A stretch of 64,000 nt of DNA from an uncultured Gammaproteobacteria bacterium (GCA_964512695.1 CAZEJU010000006.1:2591-66590), one strand, 5' to 3'; counted from the first letter of the stretch, positions 20,712 to 30,796 are shown. Translations and numbers: made by a program. The notes: generated by a model from the sequence alone, not told the origin.

Positions 20712-21617
20712 CTATTTGGTCTTTTGCAGTACATGCAGGTAATAGCAGGCAACACCTTTCTCGATTAATATAGGCATCAGTAATCCAGCAATAGAGTTCT
20801 TTACTAGATTGGAAGGTAAAAATACCTTGATAGTTTTTGTAACTATCTTGTGGCTAAAGAAGATCAACGCTTGCCTTTCAAACCGCTTAAGCGTAGGCAT
20901 TATTTGTTGTGAATAATCGTTTTTCTTTATAAGCTTAAGTCCAGATTCCTGTATTGTTTTGTTAAAAGCTTCAATATACTCAAAGCTATCTACTGCCATA
21001 GTTTTCTCTGTCAGCTTTTTAGCTATCGTTTCTTGATCGGATAATTGATCAATAGGCTTACGAACATAACCGTCAAATATAATAAATACACCACCTTTTC
21101 TTAACTTTTTCCGCACTTCTTTGAGTACAATATCTTTTCTATTACTATGACATAATGCCTCAATCACAAAAATAAGATCATATGAATCATTTTTATAATC
21201 TTCTAAATGGTGATAATCACCAAACCGTTGGCTGTAGTTCCGTATTTTTTGTGGCATAGGTTTTTTTGAAAGATCAATACCTTCAAATGATACAGACGGA
21301 TTATTTCTTGCAAGATAAATGCTATTCGATCCATTTCCACAACCAATCTCTAAAACCTTATTAGCTTTTAAGCTTTTAATATATTCCTGAATAATAACAA
21401 GATGCGTTAGAAGATCCTCGGGATAATAGCGATTACCTTTACTAATCCCCATATGCATGAATCCCTTTCTGTTATGGAAAAACAAATAGGCAAAATGATT
21501 TACAAGATAATAAGATAGTATTTCTTCTCTTTCCTGCTTCTCATTAATTATTTTTCCAATATCAAATGAAGAACCTATAACGGATAGATATGTATTAAGA
21601 TCGTTTTTTCTTTGCAT
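20712..21617 (-). CDS. Class I SAM-dependent methyltransferase (sterol/tocopherol MT-like)
   Basis: MHMG, VLEIGCGNG, GIDLS, IEALCHS, L..GG.FIIFDGY. Confidence 0.85.
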   Translation of the reverse strand: MQRKNDLNTYLSVIGSSFDIGKIINEKQEREEILSYYLVNHFAYLFFHNRKGFMHMGISKGNRYYPEDLLTHLVIIQEYIKSLKANKVLEIGCGNGSNSIYLARNNPSVSFEGIDLSKKPMPQKIRNYSQRFGDYHHLEDYKNDSYDLIFVIEALCHSNRKDIVLKEVRKKLRKGGVFIIFDGYVRKPIDQLSDQETIAKKLTEKTMAVDSFEYIEAFNKTIQESGLKLIKKNDYSQQIMPTLKRFERQALIFFSHKIVTKTIKVFLPSNLVKNSIAGLLMPILIEKGVACYYLHVLQKTK

Positions 21618-21946
21618 GACCTAGCATTTATTGTATCAAAGAAAGAGTTCAAAAAAGATATAATATAAGTATCATGCAAGGCAGACTATCAACGTATAAT
21701 ACCAGGTATTGAAAAATCGTGATCGAGCTAATGAACGAAGACTCTTTTTAATCAAGCAGTAACAGCAGAGTTAGATACATCCAGATAATCGTGTATTCTA
21801 GGCTTCGAAACAATAAAGACTTGATAGCAGTGAGAAAAAAAGGAGGACAGCTGATTCCTGAGAGGATTGATATTCACTTAAATCTATTACATACATTATT
21901 AAGGCAACTCTATACGCAGTAATTCGTGGGAAAATGTGATGAATTG

Positions 21947-22019
21947 TACGCCCGGAGGGAATCGAACCCCCAACCAAGTGATTAGAATTCACTTGCTCTA
22001 TCCGTTGAGCTACGGGCGC
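21947..22019 (-). tRNA. tRNA-Arg(TCT)
   Basis: GCGCCCGTAGCTCAACGGATAGAGC AGTGA-ATTCTAA-TCACT ...GGTTCGATTCC..CGGGCGTA; CCA not encoded. Confidence 0.95.
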
Positions 22020-22223
22020 AAGCTATCTGTAATAGAAGCCAAAAGAAACTATTGGATATTTTAGCAGTAAATTAGGATCAGTGCAATGAACCAAGACAAC
22101 AGGATAATCTCTGGCTAAACCAAATAGGAAAAATGGTGTAAAAGGTGTGCTTAAAATACACTGGTTTTTGATATGTTTTGCGTCGTTGACAAAGCTCAGG
22201 TGTTCTTTTATAGTGAAGGTATT

Positions 22224-23231
22224 ATGCTTACAAAATTTCTTCACTATCTACTAAAAAACCAAATAATTTTTGCGCTTTTCATTATAGTTGTGGTGTGGTT
22301 TATGTTACAAATTAAATCAATAATTGCTTCTATATTCATCGCGTATATTATTATGGCTGCTCTTCTACCGCTGGTTGAATTTCTTATGAAGAAAGGCTTA
22401 CCTAAGATTGTTTCAGTTCTCATCGCATATACCAGCATTATGTTTATCGGTTTTCTCATAATCTTTCCTTTAATACCATTCTTTATCTCCCAAGTGCAAT
22501 CTCTCTTAATTGGTTTTCCTGTTTATGTCTATAAATCTGCTACTACACTGGGTTTGCCTATAGACACGGCAAGATTACAAACATACATCGCTCAGGAAAT
22601 TGATATCATAGGAGCAAATGCATTTAGCGTCACAAAGCAAGTTTTCGGAGGCTTATTCTCATTATTAACCATTCTTATCGTTAGTTTTTATTTATTGCTT
22701 AATCATGAGTCTTTTAAATTGTGGATCGCGAAAGTATTTCACGTTGATGATAGAGAAAAAGTCTATCAAATTTTAAAAAACGTGGATAATAAGCTCGGTG
22801 CATGGCTTCGAGGACAGTTATTGCTTTGTTATATTATTTGTATTTTAACATGGTTAGCTCTCACAATTATTAATATGCCATACGCATTACCACTTGCTCT
22901 CATAGCAGGTATTCTCGAAGCGTTTCCGACAATCGGTCCTATTCTCTCTGCAATTCCTGCAGTTATTGTAGCTTTAACGATTTCACCCACAACAGCTCTT
23001 ATAGTTATTTTGGTTTATACGATTATTCAGTTATTAGAAAATAACGTTATCGTACCAAAAGTTATGGAGCAAGCAGTAGGTCTTAATCCGATTGTTATCA
23101 TTATTGCAGTTTCGACAGGATCGACGTTAATGGGGATAACCGGAGCCTTATTATCTATTCCCTTTATATCTTTCTTAGTAGTTCTTTTTAATAGTATTCG
23201 TAATTCGAAGATTTCTACTTTACGCCGATAA
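22224..23231 (+). CDS. AI-2E family transporter
   Basis: W.RGQLL, P.IGPILSAIP, QLLENNVIVPKVM...VGLNP, GITGALLSIP. Confidence 0.93.
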   Translation: MLTKFLHYLLKNQIIFALFIIVVVWFMLQIKSIIASIFIAYIIMAALLPLVEFLMKKGLPKIVSVLIAYTSIMFIGFLIIFPLIPFFISQVQSLLIGFPVYVYKSATTLGLPIDTARLQTYIAQEIDIIGANAFSVTKQVFGGLFSLLTILIVSFYLLLNHESFKLWIAKVFHVDDREKVYQILKNVDNKLGAWLRGQLLLCYIICILTWLALTIINMPYALPLALIAGILEAFPTIGPILSAIPAVIVALTISPTTALIVILVYTIIQLLENNVIVPKVMEQAVGLNPIVIIIAVSTGSTLMGITGALLSIPFISFLVVLFNSIRNSKISTLRR

Positions 23232-23802
23232 CAAGCGTCCAAGGTGTCGGCTTCTTAACTGCCACAATGCGAAGGTACTTCTCAACAAATTTTTTAAATT
23301 TTTTTGTTGACCAGTGTTGGATATGTTCTGGATGATCACCAAATTTACGAATATTTTTACCTCGTAGAAATCTTTGTATTGAAAATAAGGGTTCATTTGG
23401 CACTGAAAGAACAATATGTTTTTTCGACACTCTAATAAGTTCTTGTAAGGCTTTTTCAGGATTTTCGAGATGTTCAAGAACTTCACTACAAATAACAATA
23501 TCGAAGGAGTTGTCTTTATATGGCAGCTTATAAATGTTTCCCTTTCTTAACGTGAGATGGGGATGAAGTTTTTTACCTATTTCAATAGCAGTTTCAAGTG
23601 TATCTACTCCTTCTAAGTGTTTGCCTATATTTTCTTTTCGTAAACGCTGCAGCGTAAACCCTTCACCACAGCCTACGTCGAGAATACGTGTAGCATGTAA
23701 GTTTTTTATTGCTTTAATTAACGTTTTATTAAATCTGTTAAGAAATATTTTCCCAATGGGATTTTTCGTAGTGTGTTTTTCAAAATTGGACGTTTTTTCC
23801 AT
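23215..23802 (-). CDS. Class I SAM-dependent methyltransferase (Methyltransf_11-like)
   Basis: ILDVGCGEG, LPYKDNSFDIVICSEVLEHL, SVPNEP. Confidence 0.9.
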   Translation of the reverse strand: MEKTSNFEKHTTKNPIGKIFLNRFNKTLIKAIKNLHATRILDVGCGEGFTLQRLRKENIGKHLEGVDTLETAIEIGKKLHPHLTLRKGNIYKLPYKDNSFDIVICSEVLEHLENPEKALQELIRVSKKHIVLSVPNEPLFSIQRFLRGKNIRKFGDHPEHIQHWSTKKFKKFVEKYLRIVAVKKPTPWTLVIGVK

Positions 23803-23834
23803 AACATTTCAGGTAGGCATTATAAATGGATTCT

Positions 23835-23908
23835 TGGAGCGGGTGAAGGGAATCGAACCCTCGTATCAACTTTGGAAAAGTTGTGTTCTGCCATTGAACT
23901 ACACCCGC
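23835..23908 (-). tRNA. tRNA-Gly(TCC)
   Basis: GCGGGTGTAGTTCAATGGCAGAAC CAACT-TTCCAA-AGTTG..GGTTCGATTCCC..CACCCGCTCCA. Confidence 0.97.
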
Positions 23909-24030
23909 GAGTACTACGACGAAATTTATTATTATCTACCCACGGCCACTATAGATTACTTTAGGGTTATGCGGTAGTTTATATGTTTAGAATTATAGCA
24001 AAGATGGTGCGGATAGGGGAAGACCCATGA

Positions 24031-24072
24031 AAAACCCGCCTTGGAAACGCATTTGTTTCAACTGGCGGGTTT
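24031..24072. terminator. Stem-loop / possible bidirectional terminator
   Basis: AAACCCGCC...GGCGGGTTT arms with an inner TTGGAAAC/GTTTCAA stem. Confidence 0.6.
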
Positions 24073-24111
24073 ATATTTTTCACTATGCCAAATCACATCA
24101 AAAATAGATAC

Positions 24112-24193
24112 ATCCGGCGTTTGTTTAAAAGTACAATAAAATTGTAATCCTGAGGTATAAGGATTTTAAACTTTTAAACAAAAAACGCCGGAT
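24112..24193. repeat. Long inverted repeat enclosing two small hairpins
   Basis: ATCCGGCGTTTGTTTAAAAGT (24112-24132) pairs with ACTTTTAAACAAAAAACGCCGGAT (24170-24193). Confidence 0.75.
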
Positions 24194-24260
24194 TATGCAT
24201 GTATATTTCTCCCATGGGAGACGTGAGCCGGGAACTAGAAGCCCGGCTCACATACTCACG

Positions 24261-24359
24261 CTAGCGGAGCAGACCTCCCCACGCCGCTAGGAGAATGACG
24301 ATTACCGCCAGGACTGCGGTAATCGTGACGAAGAACTTAGGTGGGATATCTTGCTTCAA
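24261..24359 (-). CDS. Unannotated 32-aa single-TM peptide
   Basis: SD AGGAGG 6 nt before TTG; MKQDIPPKFFVTITAVLAVIVILLAAWGGLLR*; followed by GTGAGCCGGG/CCCGGCTCAC hairpin. Confidence 0.6.
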   Translation of the reverse strand: MKQDIPPKFFVTITAVLAVIVILLAAWGGLLR

Positions 24360-24379
24360 ACCATTCCTCCTTTTGTCTG

Positions 24380-25537
24380 CTACTCGCAGCCAGGGCTAAG
24401 CAGCAATCTGTCCCACCACGAGCAATCCGTGCGTTTAGGTTGCTCGCGAGTAGTGTAGATCTTGTATAGTCGGTAAACCGTATAGGTCACACCGGCTATG
24501 ACAACGATTCCAACTGCAGTTGCCGTAAGCCCTACTGCGTTTGCAGCAACAGCGGCCACTACATAGTGACCGGCATTTGTTACAAGGGTCTTTCCGATGG
24601 GTACCGCGATACGCACGGCCACGTACGTACCCGCGGTCAAACCGACAGCCGTAGCAGCCCCAACCTCAAACTCCTTTCCTTCAACATTCGTACCCAGTTT
24701 TTGGCCTATGTACAGGCCAAGTTCTTCTAGGGTAGAACGGGCATTTTTGTTAGCTGCATCGACGGCTTCTGTGCCACCACCCTGGGATCTGTAGTAGTCC
24801 GCAGGGTCGGGATACCTTTCCACTCCACTGAGTTCCGAGTGTGCGTGAAACCAAGGTAAGCTTCCCGGTCTATCGCACCTCATCCATCCCATTCTCGTTG
24901 CCTGCACAATTACTACCCCATCTCGCTTGTGGGTAGCTGTTATGCAACCAGTAGGAGGTTTGGGACTTTCAGGGGAATATCTGGGTGGCGCAAACCTCTG
25001 ACCACTGATGGAATCACCCATCAGTTTGCCTGTTACGTTATCGTAACAATTTCCTCTGTTCGGGTATTCTCCTTGAGGACACACCTCCCTGCAGTATCCC
25101 GTGCCTGATATGCTGGAACACTGGCGAAGGTGATAGGTATTAGGATCCCATCCCCACACTCCTCCGTTGGGGTGTGGGCTACCCACACTTGGTTGAGTGT
25201 TTGTAGTCGGACCTGTAGCTCGCAACCCACTCGTGGGTGGAGCTATATTTCCGGTACAATCCACACAAGGCCAGTCACGACCTTGGTCGTGTACCCAACT
25301 GTTCGTGCGACCTGTCGGGTCACAGACTACGTGCTGCTGGTACTTACCAGCCCGTGTAGTCTGGCCGTTGGGGACTATTTGACCACCTAGACTACTCGCA
25401 GAGCAGCCAGGCTGTCTTTGAACAGCTGGAGCTGCTTCAGTCAGACGAGGAAGTAATAGCAGGGGTTGAACGGCCAATATGCAGGCGATACATAGACTGA
25501 TAAGCCTAAATCGCCATTGTGTCGACTTGGTGAACAT
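24380..25537 (-). CDS. Secreted Cys-rich protein with C-terminal Gly/Ala-rich hydrophobic segments (GC-rich gene)
   Basis: SD AAGGAGG before ATG 25537; signal peptide; many Cys; visibly higher GC than flanks. Confidence 0.75.
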   Translation of the reverse strand: MFTKSTQWRFRLISLCIACILAVQPLLLLPRLTEAAPAVQRQPGCSASSLGGQIVPNGQTTRAGKYQQHVVCDPTGRTNSWVHDQGRDWPCVDCTGNIAPPTSGLRATGPTTNTQPSVGSPHPNGGVWGWDPNTYHLRQCSSISGTGYCREVCPQGEYPNRGNCYDNVTGKLMGDSISGQRFAPPRYSPESPKPPTGCITATHKRDGVVIVQATRMGWMRCDRPGSLPWFHAHSELSGVERYPDPADYYRSQGGGTEAVDAANKNARSTLEELGLYIGQKLGTNVEGKEFEVGAATAVGLTAGTYVAVRIAVPIGKTLVTNAGHYVVAAVAANAVGLTATAVGIVVIAGVTYTVYRLYKIYTTREQPKRTDCSWWDRLLLSPGCE

Positions 25538-25743
25538 CGTCCCTCCTTTAGCGGGAGTATTTTTTGAGAACACCGCATATAAAGTGAATTTAGTATTTCA
25601 CCTTATACACGGCGTTCTCTTTTCATGCATGATTTGTCAAAGTTCTAAATACAGAATAATCTTAAGAATATATTATACTACTATGAATTAATAATTTATG
25701 TGATTTGTTATAATGAACGCTGGTTAATTATTTATCTATTTTT

Positions 25744-26697
25744 ATGAGGAAATCGAAAAAGAAACTCTTCCGAAGAGGAACAGAACAAAAATATCCTAAA
25801 ATAAAGCATATATACGCACAAACTAAAAAACCAAGGCGGATTCGGAAAGTAACATCTGCTTCACAACCTCATTTTCGCCCTGTGATTAGTATGCCATTTT
25901 TGTTTTTTTCGCTTCTACTTCTTGCAATAGCATCAGTGACTTTTATCCTTTACCAAATGAGAGTAACATTTGTACTTCCTTCTGTTGAAATACCCAAGAT
26001 CTCTTTTTTTATACCGAAGGTTACTCTTCCTACTATAACTTTCCCAGAAATCTCTACACCTAATGTAGAATTTACATTGCCTGCATTACCTGATTTCAGT
26101 CATAGTATTACTACCATTCGAGATTCTCTTTGGACAGTAGCAAATTTTACTATTCATGGTATACAAAGTATCTGGAATGCGAGCATTACATTTATAGTTC
26201 GCGCGTTACGCTACTTCGATCCTCGTCCGTTATTAATAACTATCTATTACGGAATTTTTACCAGTATTCCATATCTCGTTACCTATTCTATAAAATTTTT
26301 GGGGATGATAGATCCACTGCCCCTTTTTCGTATAACCTTAGAATTTGAAATATCCTTCCTGTATATACTTGGTATGTTACTTATAGAACTTCTACAACTA
26401 ACATATGCCGGACTTATTATACTTTTTGAAATTACCTTGGCAGTGAGTCAAGCGATATTTGTTTTTTTAAACTCAGTATATAATGCATTAAAATCGGTTG
26501 TGTATAGTATATATTTGCCATTAAGCAAATTTTTTAGTGTATTGTATGGTTATACATCCCACGGGATAAAAACAATAGTTGAGTATGTAATGTTTTTTGT
26601 TATGATTGTAATAAATGCTATAGAGCCTTCTATAGAACTATTTAAATTTACCTTTAAGAATGCTGGTGAGTTTATGAAAGCAGTAAGTGGTTCGTAA
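25744..26697 (+). CDS. Hypothetical membrane protein
   Basis: Basic N-terminus, TM, P.I..P repeats, long amphipathic/hydrophobic C-terminal region. Confidence 0.65.
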   Translation: MRKSKKKLFRRGTEQKYPKIKHIYAQTKKPRRIRKVTSASQPHFRPVISMPFLFFSLLLLAIASVTFILYQMRVTFVLPSVEIPKISFFIPKVTLPTITFPEISTPNVEFTLPALPDFSHSITTIRDSLWTVANFTIHGIQSIWNASITFIVRALRYFDPRPLLITIYYGIFTSIPYLVTYSIKFLGMIDPLPLFRITLEFEISFLYILGMLLIELLQLTYAGLIILFEITLAVSQAIFVFLNSVYNALKSVVYSIYLPLSKFFSVLYGYTSHGIKTIVEYVMFFVMIVINAIEPSIELFKFTFKNAGEFMKAVSGS

Positions 26698-26712
26698 TTT
26701 AGTGTATGTTTA

Positions 26713-27738
26713 TTACTGTATTTTTTCTATAAAGCTTCTATGAACTTCTGGTAGATCAAGCGATAAAGCTTCCTCTTTCGTTACCCATCTATATTCGGTA
26801 TGCTCCCAACTTAGTTGTACGTCTTCAGTAATAGTTTTGGCTATAAATCCAATCATTACAATAAAGTCTTGGTTTACTTTTGTTATGGGAAAAGTTTGGA
26901 TATGAATAGGACGTACATCAGTTACACGTAATCCTGTTTCTTCCTTCACTTCTCTGTTTATAGCATCAGTAGGGTTTTCTCCAAATTCAATTGCTCCACC
27001 TGGAAAATCCCACCCTCCAGCTCTATCAATTTTATTGGAACGTTTAAGGATAAGAATCTTCCCGTCTGGATTTAGTATCACAGCCTTACCACCAATTTTT
27101 GCAAATACTTCCGGTTCGCTATATCCATCAATAAACGTAGCTTCTGGAAACAGCCGAACTATCCCATGCTTATCCTTACCTGAGAGATAACCATGATATT
27201 GCTCAAGTTTCGGTAATTTAATTCCCATATCTAACGGTGAGAACAGGATATTCGTTTGATATTTTTTGGCGAAAATTCTTTGTTTATACGAACATTTTTC
27301 AATATCTCCCGATATGATAATGAACGGTTTATCTTCTACCTGTTCATAGACTTTTTCTTCAAAAACTTCAATGTTTTTTATTAATATCACACGTTCATTT
27401 ATATCCGGTAGTGACTGGACTGTATACACAAAGCTTTCGTGGTCACCACTTTCAATGAAGATGATTTGTTTTTTATCGGCATCATGTGGAAGTTGAGAGT
27501 TTTTAATGATCAGAGGAGCAGTCATATTTGTAAGTTCTAGAAAGGTATCTCGCGCCATGTGATAAGCACTGAAGAATAGTACTTTTACACTATGACGATA
27601 CATATCAGCGAGAAGATTTACCGTAAAATAAGAAGCACCAGACTTATCAACTCCATGGATAAGGCAGGGTAGATCTGAAAGCCGAATCTGAAGTTTAGAT
27701 TTATCCAGGAGAAGCGTATTCATGAATAGATTATACAT
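26713..27738 (-). CDS. Fusion of unknown N-terminal domain and C-terminal NUDIX hydrolase
   Basis: C-terminal WDFPGGAIEFGENP..A..REVKEETGL, LSWEH.EY.W. Confidence 0.85.
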   Translation of the reverse strand: MYNLFMNTLLLDKSKLQIRLSDLPCLIHGVDKSGASYFTVNLLADMYRHSVKVLFFSAYHMARDTFLELTNMTAPLIIKNSQLPHDADKKQIIFIESGDHESFVYTVQSLPDINERVILIKNIEVFEEKVYEQVEDKPFIIISGDIEKCSYKQRIFAKKYQTNILFSPLDMGIKLPKLEQYHGYLSGKDKHGIVRLFPEATFIDGYSEPEVFAKIGGKAVILNPDGKILILKRSNKIDRAGGWDFPGGAIEFGENPTDAINREVKEETGLRVTDVRPIHIQTFPITKVNQDFIVMIGFIAKTITEDVQLSWEHTEYRWVTKEEALSLDLPEVHRSFIEKIQ

Positions 27739-27830
27739 GACGTTTATTTATAAAAGAAATCCAGTTATATAAGAAGGAAGAATTTTTAAGAATTATTTGT
27801 ATAAGCTAGATTGAAATTATTTATGGAAGA

Positions 27831-28457
27831 TTATAGACCAACTGAGTTCGCACCATATTCCGCTTGTTCCTGTGTAAATTTCTCATAGACCAATTGCTGA
27901 ATCAACCCATCTCGGGAAAATCCTTGCAAATCCATATAAGATTTTGCTTTTTGTGCAGCTTCTTCATTCCAGTTAGCCCCTGAATGGTCAGCTCCATATT
28001 CAGCATCAGCTCGAGAGAATTGTTCATACTCTAGTTGTGCTACAAGTCCATCTCGGGAAAATCCAGAGTAACTTATATAAGATTTTGCTTTTCTGACAGC
28101 ATTCTTTTGACTTACTGTTTCACCAGCAGATTGTTTGTTTTGAGTAGGTGTATTTGTTGCTTTTATAGGAGCAACCGTAGCTTGTTGGTTGGATTGTATA
28201 GTTGGCTCAAGCTGGGTGGTGGGTTGATTTTCTTAAGATACTGTTGGTGTAGGATTTTGTGATGCTGTATTAGTGGTAGTCGATTCAGGAGAAGACGCAA
28301 CCATATAAACAAAGAATGCAAATACTGCTGTAACTATCCATTTGGCTGTTTTATTCCACGTAGCGTGCTTCCACATCAGATAAAGACCTACCGGAAAAAA
28401 GAGTAGAAGAAAAAGAATAATACCGCCTGTAGTTTGATACCATTTCTTAGTTTCCAT
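27831..28457 (-). pseudogene. Ltp-family surface protein interrupted by an in-frame TAA
   Basis: Same frame continues after TAA at 28233-28235 into two Ltp-like repeats (AVRKAKSYISYSGFSRDGLVAQLEYEQFSRADAEYGAD / AAQKAKSYMDLQGFSRDGLIQQLVYEKFTQEQAEYGAN). Confidence 0.85.
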
Positions 28458-28619
28458 TTTCCGGATTATAAACAATTTTCACAATAAATACAATAAATGG
28501 TAATTTTTTCAGTAAATGAGGCGGAAAAGTGCCTAAATTAGACAGATTTGTCCAGCAGATACCATAAGAGATTTGCAGTTTTGAAGAGATTTACTCATTT
28601 ATAGAGATAAGTTATCTAG

Positions 28620-28693
28620 TCGGGGACAGAGGACTTGAACCTCCGACCTCACGGTCCCAAACCGCGCGCTCTAGCCAACTGAGCTAGTCCCCG
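28620..28693 (-). tRNA. tRNA-Pro(TGG)
   Basis: CGGGGACTAGCTCAGTTGGCTAGAGC..TTTGGGA..GGTTCAAGTCC..GTCCCCGA; CCA not encoded. Confidence 0.96.
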
Positions 28694-28697
28694 AGAG

Positions 28698-28781
28698 TAC
28701 CGCGAGAGAGAGTCGAACTCTCATGTCCTTTACGGACGAGGGCTCTTAAGGCCCTTGTGTCTACCATTCCACCACCGCGGC
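28698..28781 (-). tRNA. tRNA-Leu(TAA)
   Basis: GCCGCGGTGGTGGAATGGTAGACAC AGGGC-CTTAAGA-GCCCT, long variable arm, GTTCGAC; CCA not encoded. Confidence 0.95.
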
Positions 28782-28953
28782 GTGTAATGCGTTTACAGAA
28801 CAAAACGCATACATAATTGTACTCGAATTGTGTCTTTTATTCAACCGAAGTTCCTACAGTAGCCGATAAACGCCAGCTTACCTGCTCGAATACATCCAAA
28901 GCTTCATGGGTTAATGAGCGTAGTTAAAAAGATAAGCAGTATCGACCTTAAGT

Positions 28954-29919
28954 TTATAAAAGTGATTGTGGAGGTTCTTTGCCTAATACTTTTAATGAAT
29001 AGTTAAGAAGTTGTTTCATTTCTTCTCTACGGTTAGGACTATTGAGTAAAACGCCTATTAATTTTACTCCATCTTTTTCATAGTATGTTACTAAACACAT
29101 GCCAGCTTCGGGGGTAAAACCAGTTTTTACACCTTTAACTCCTGGATAGGAAGAAATAAGATTCGTTTCATTTGTAAGCTCGAATGCCTTATGTGTAGCA
29201 TTTGCTGGAATAGTGTATTGATACGTTGACACGACTGTTTTAAACAAAGGAAAGTTTTCTAATGCGTATTTCGTCATTACTAGCAGATCGTATGATGTAG
29301 TATACTGTTCACCATCTCCCTGGAGACCTGAAGGGTTTGAAAATCGGGTATTATAAAGACCGAGAACTCTCGCTTTATTATGCATAGCCGCTATAAACTC
29401 ATACCGCCCTGCTATGAAATTATGTGCGAAGACTTCCGCTGCGTCATTACCAGAATTAAGCATCAGTCCATAGAGAAGTTCTTCTTTATTTACTATCTCT
29501 CCTGCTTCTAGACCCATACTGTCTTCACCGACGAGATCTTCTTCATGTACCGTATACACTTCAGGCATTCCTTTATCTTCAAGTGCGATAATAGCTGTCA
29601 TTATTTTCGTTAAAGATGCCATAGGTAGTTTTTCTTTAGGATTTTTTTCAAATAGTACTTTATTATTAGTGAGATCATAGACCAACGCAGACTTTGCTTG
29701 GATTTCTGGGACATCATTAGTAGCTGCTAATATTTCCCCAATAGGTTCCCAAACATCCAGAAGCGTTACTTGTTTATTATTCTCAACTGATAAAAAATCA
29801 GGTAGAGGAGACATAAAAGCAGCTGGTAATTCTTCGAAAGGGCGGTATATATAAAAAATAAGAAACGAAGCTATACCGAGAAGCAACACTGTCATCGAAT
29901 ATGCAAACCAGAATCTCAT
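28954..29919 (-). CDS. D-alanyl-D-alanine carboxypeptidase (peptidase S11)
   Basis: ASLTK (SxxK), SGN, KTG motifs; N-terminal TM. Confidence 0.93.
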   Translation of the reverse strand: MRFWFAYSMTVLLLGIASFLIFYIYRPFEELPAAFMSPLPDFLSVENNKQVTLLDVWEPIGEILAATNDVPEIQAKSALVYDLTNNKVLFEKNPKEKLPMASLTKIMTAIIALEDKGMPEVYTVHEEDLVGEDSMGLEAGEIVNKEELLYGLMLNSGNDAAEVFAHNFIAGRYEFIAAMHNKARVLGLYNTRFSNPSGLQGDGEQYTTSYDLLVMTKYALENFPLFKTVVSTYQYTIPANATHKAFELTNETNLISSYPGVKGVKTGFTPEAGMCLVTYYEKDGVKLIGVLLNSPNRREEMKQLLNYSLKVLGKEPPQSLL

Positions 29920-29968
29920 ACAGTAGTATCATAACAAATAAGTATATGATGAGTGCTATACTACATAT

Positions 29969-30796
29969 ATGTTGAGCTTAAAAGTACTATCTCTTAATAT
30001 CATGGGTATTCCTTTTAACGCAGATAATATATGGGGAACGCTTTTCAATTCGTCACTTCCTTTACGACATAATAAAACAGCCCAGGCAATTTCGGCACTT
30101 GACCCTGATATTATTTGTTTACAAGAAGTTTTGACATATTATCAAATCCGTATCTTTAAAAAGCTTTTACCAAGCCATCCGTATACTTCGTTTCAGAATT
30201 CAGTTATAGGTCCGAAAGGAGGATTAGTGGTTTTTTCTAAGTTACCTCTTATAAAGCAAGGCTTTGTCGAATTTAAAAAAAATGGAACTTTTAGGAATAA
30301 ATCATTTATTTGGAAGTTATTAAAAAATGGCATATTGATTACAAAACTCGTCAATCATCCTGTTATTCTACTGAATACGCATTTAACAGCGAATTTTGAC
30401 TGGGATTGGAGTTTGAGTAATCGATTTGTTCCTTACCTTACTTCACAATTACAACAAATGAAGCGAACTCTAGAAGTATATAGTGATAAAAATATTGTTC
30501 TATCAGTTGGAGATTTTAATATGGACAGGAATACAGAGATCTATAAAAATTTTTTAAAAGAAAATGCAGTGACTGATATTTTCGCTGACGTAGATTATAC
30601 TTCGATGCATGAGTTCTACGCTCAGCCCGGAAAAGAACCTCCCATTACTGACTACATATTTCTTTCGAAAGAAAGATATCGTGTGAGTGTTAAAGAAAAA
30701 AATGTAGTATTTAAAGATAAGGTAACTGAAGGAAAAAAAGAGTTTTATTTATCAGACCATACAGGACTCTTTGTTACAGTCGAATGTAATTTATGA
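29969..30796 (+). CDS. Endonuclease/exonuclease/phosphatase family protein (sphingomyelinase-like)
   Basis: SLN, DIICLQE, NTHL, GDFN, DYIF, SDH. Confidence 0.88.
   Translation: MLSLKVLSLNIMGIPFNADNIWGTLFNSSLPLRHNKTAQAISALDPDIICLQEVLTYYQIRIFKKLLPSHPYTSFQNSVIGPKGGLVVFSKLPLIKQGFVEFKKNGTFRNKSFIWKLLKNGILITKLVNHPVILLNTHLTANFDWDWSLSNRFVPYLTSQLQQMKRTLEVYSDKNIVLSVGDFNMDRNTEIYKNFLKENAVTDIFADVDYTSMHEFYAQPGKEPPITDYIFLSKERYRVSVKEKNVVFKDKVTEGKKEFYLSDHTGLFVTVECNL

Noticed and set aside
21620-21945. Possible pseudogene between the methyltransferase and tRNA-Arg
   Set aside because: Protein-like fragments, but no family could be recognised
23835-25620. tRNA-Gly-integrated island
   Set aside because: The islet lies on the 5' side of the tRNA, and I found no duplicated tRNA end or integrase
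28233-28235. Stop-codon reassignment explaining the internal TAA
   Set aside because: TAA, TAG and TGA all terminate conserved genes normally in this window
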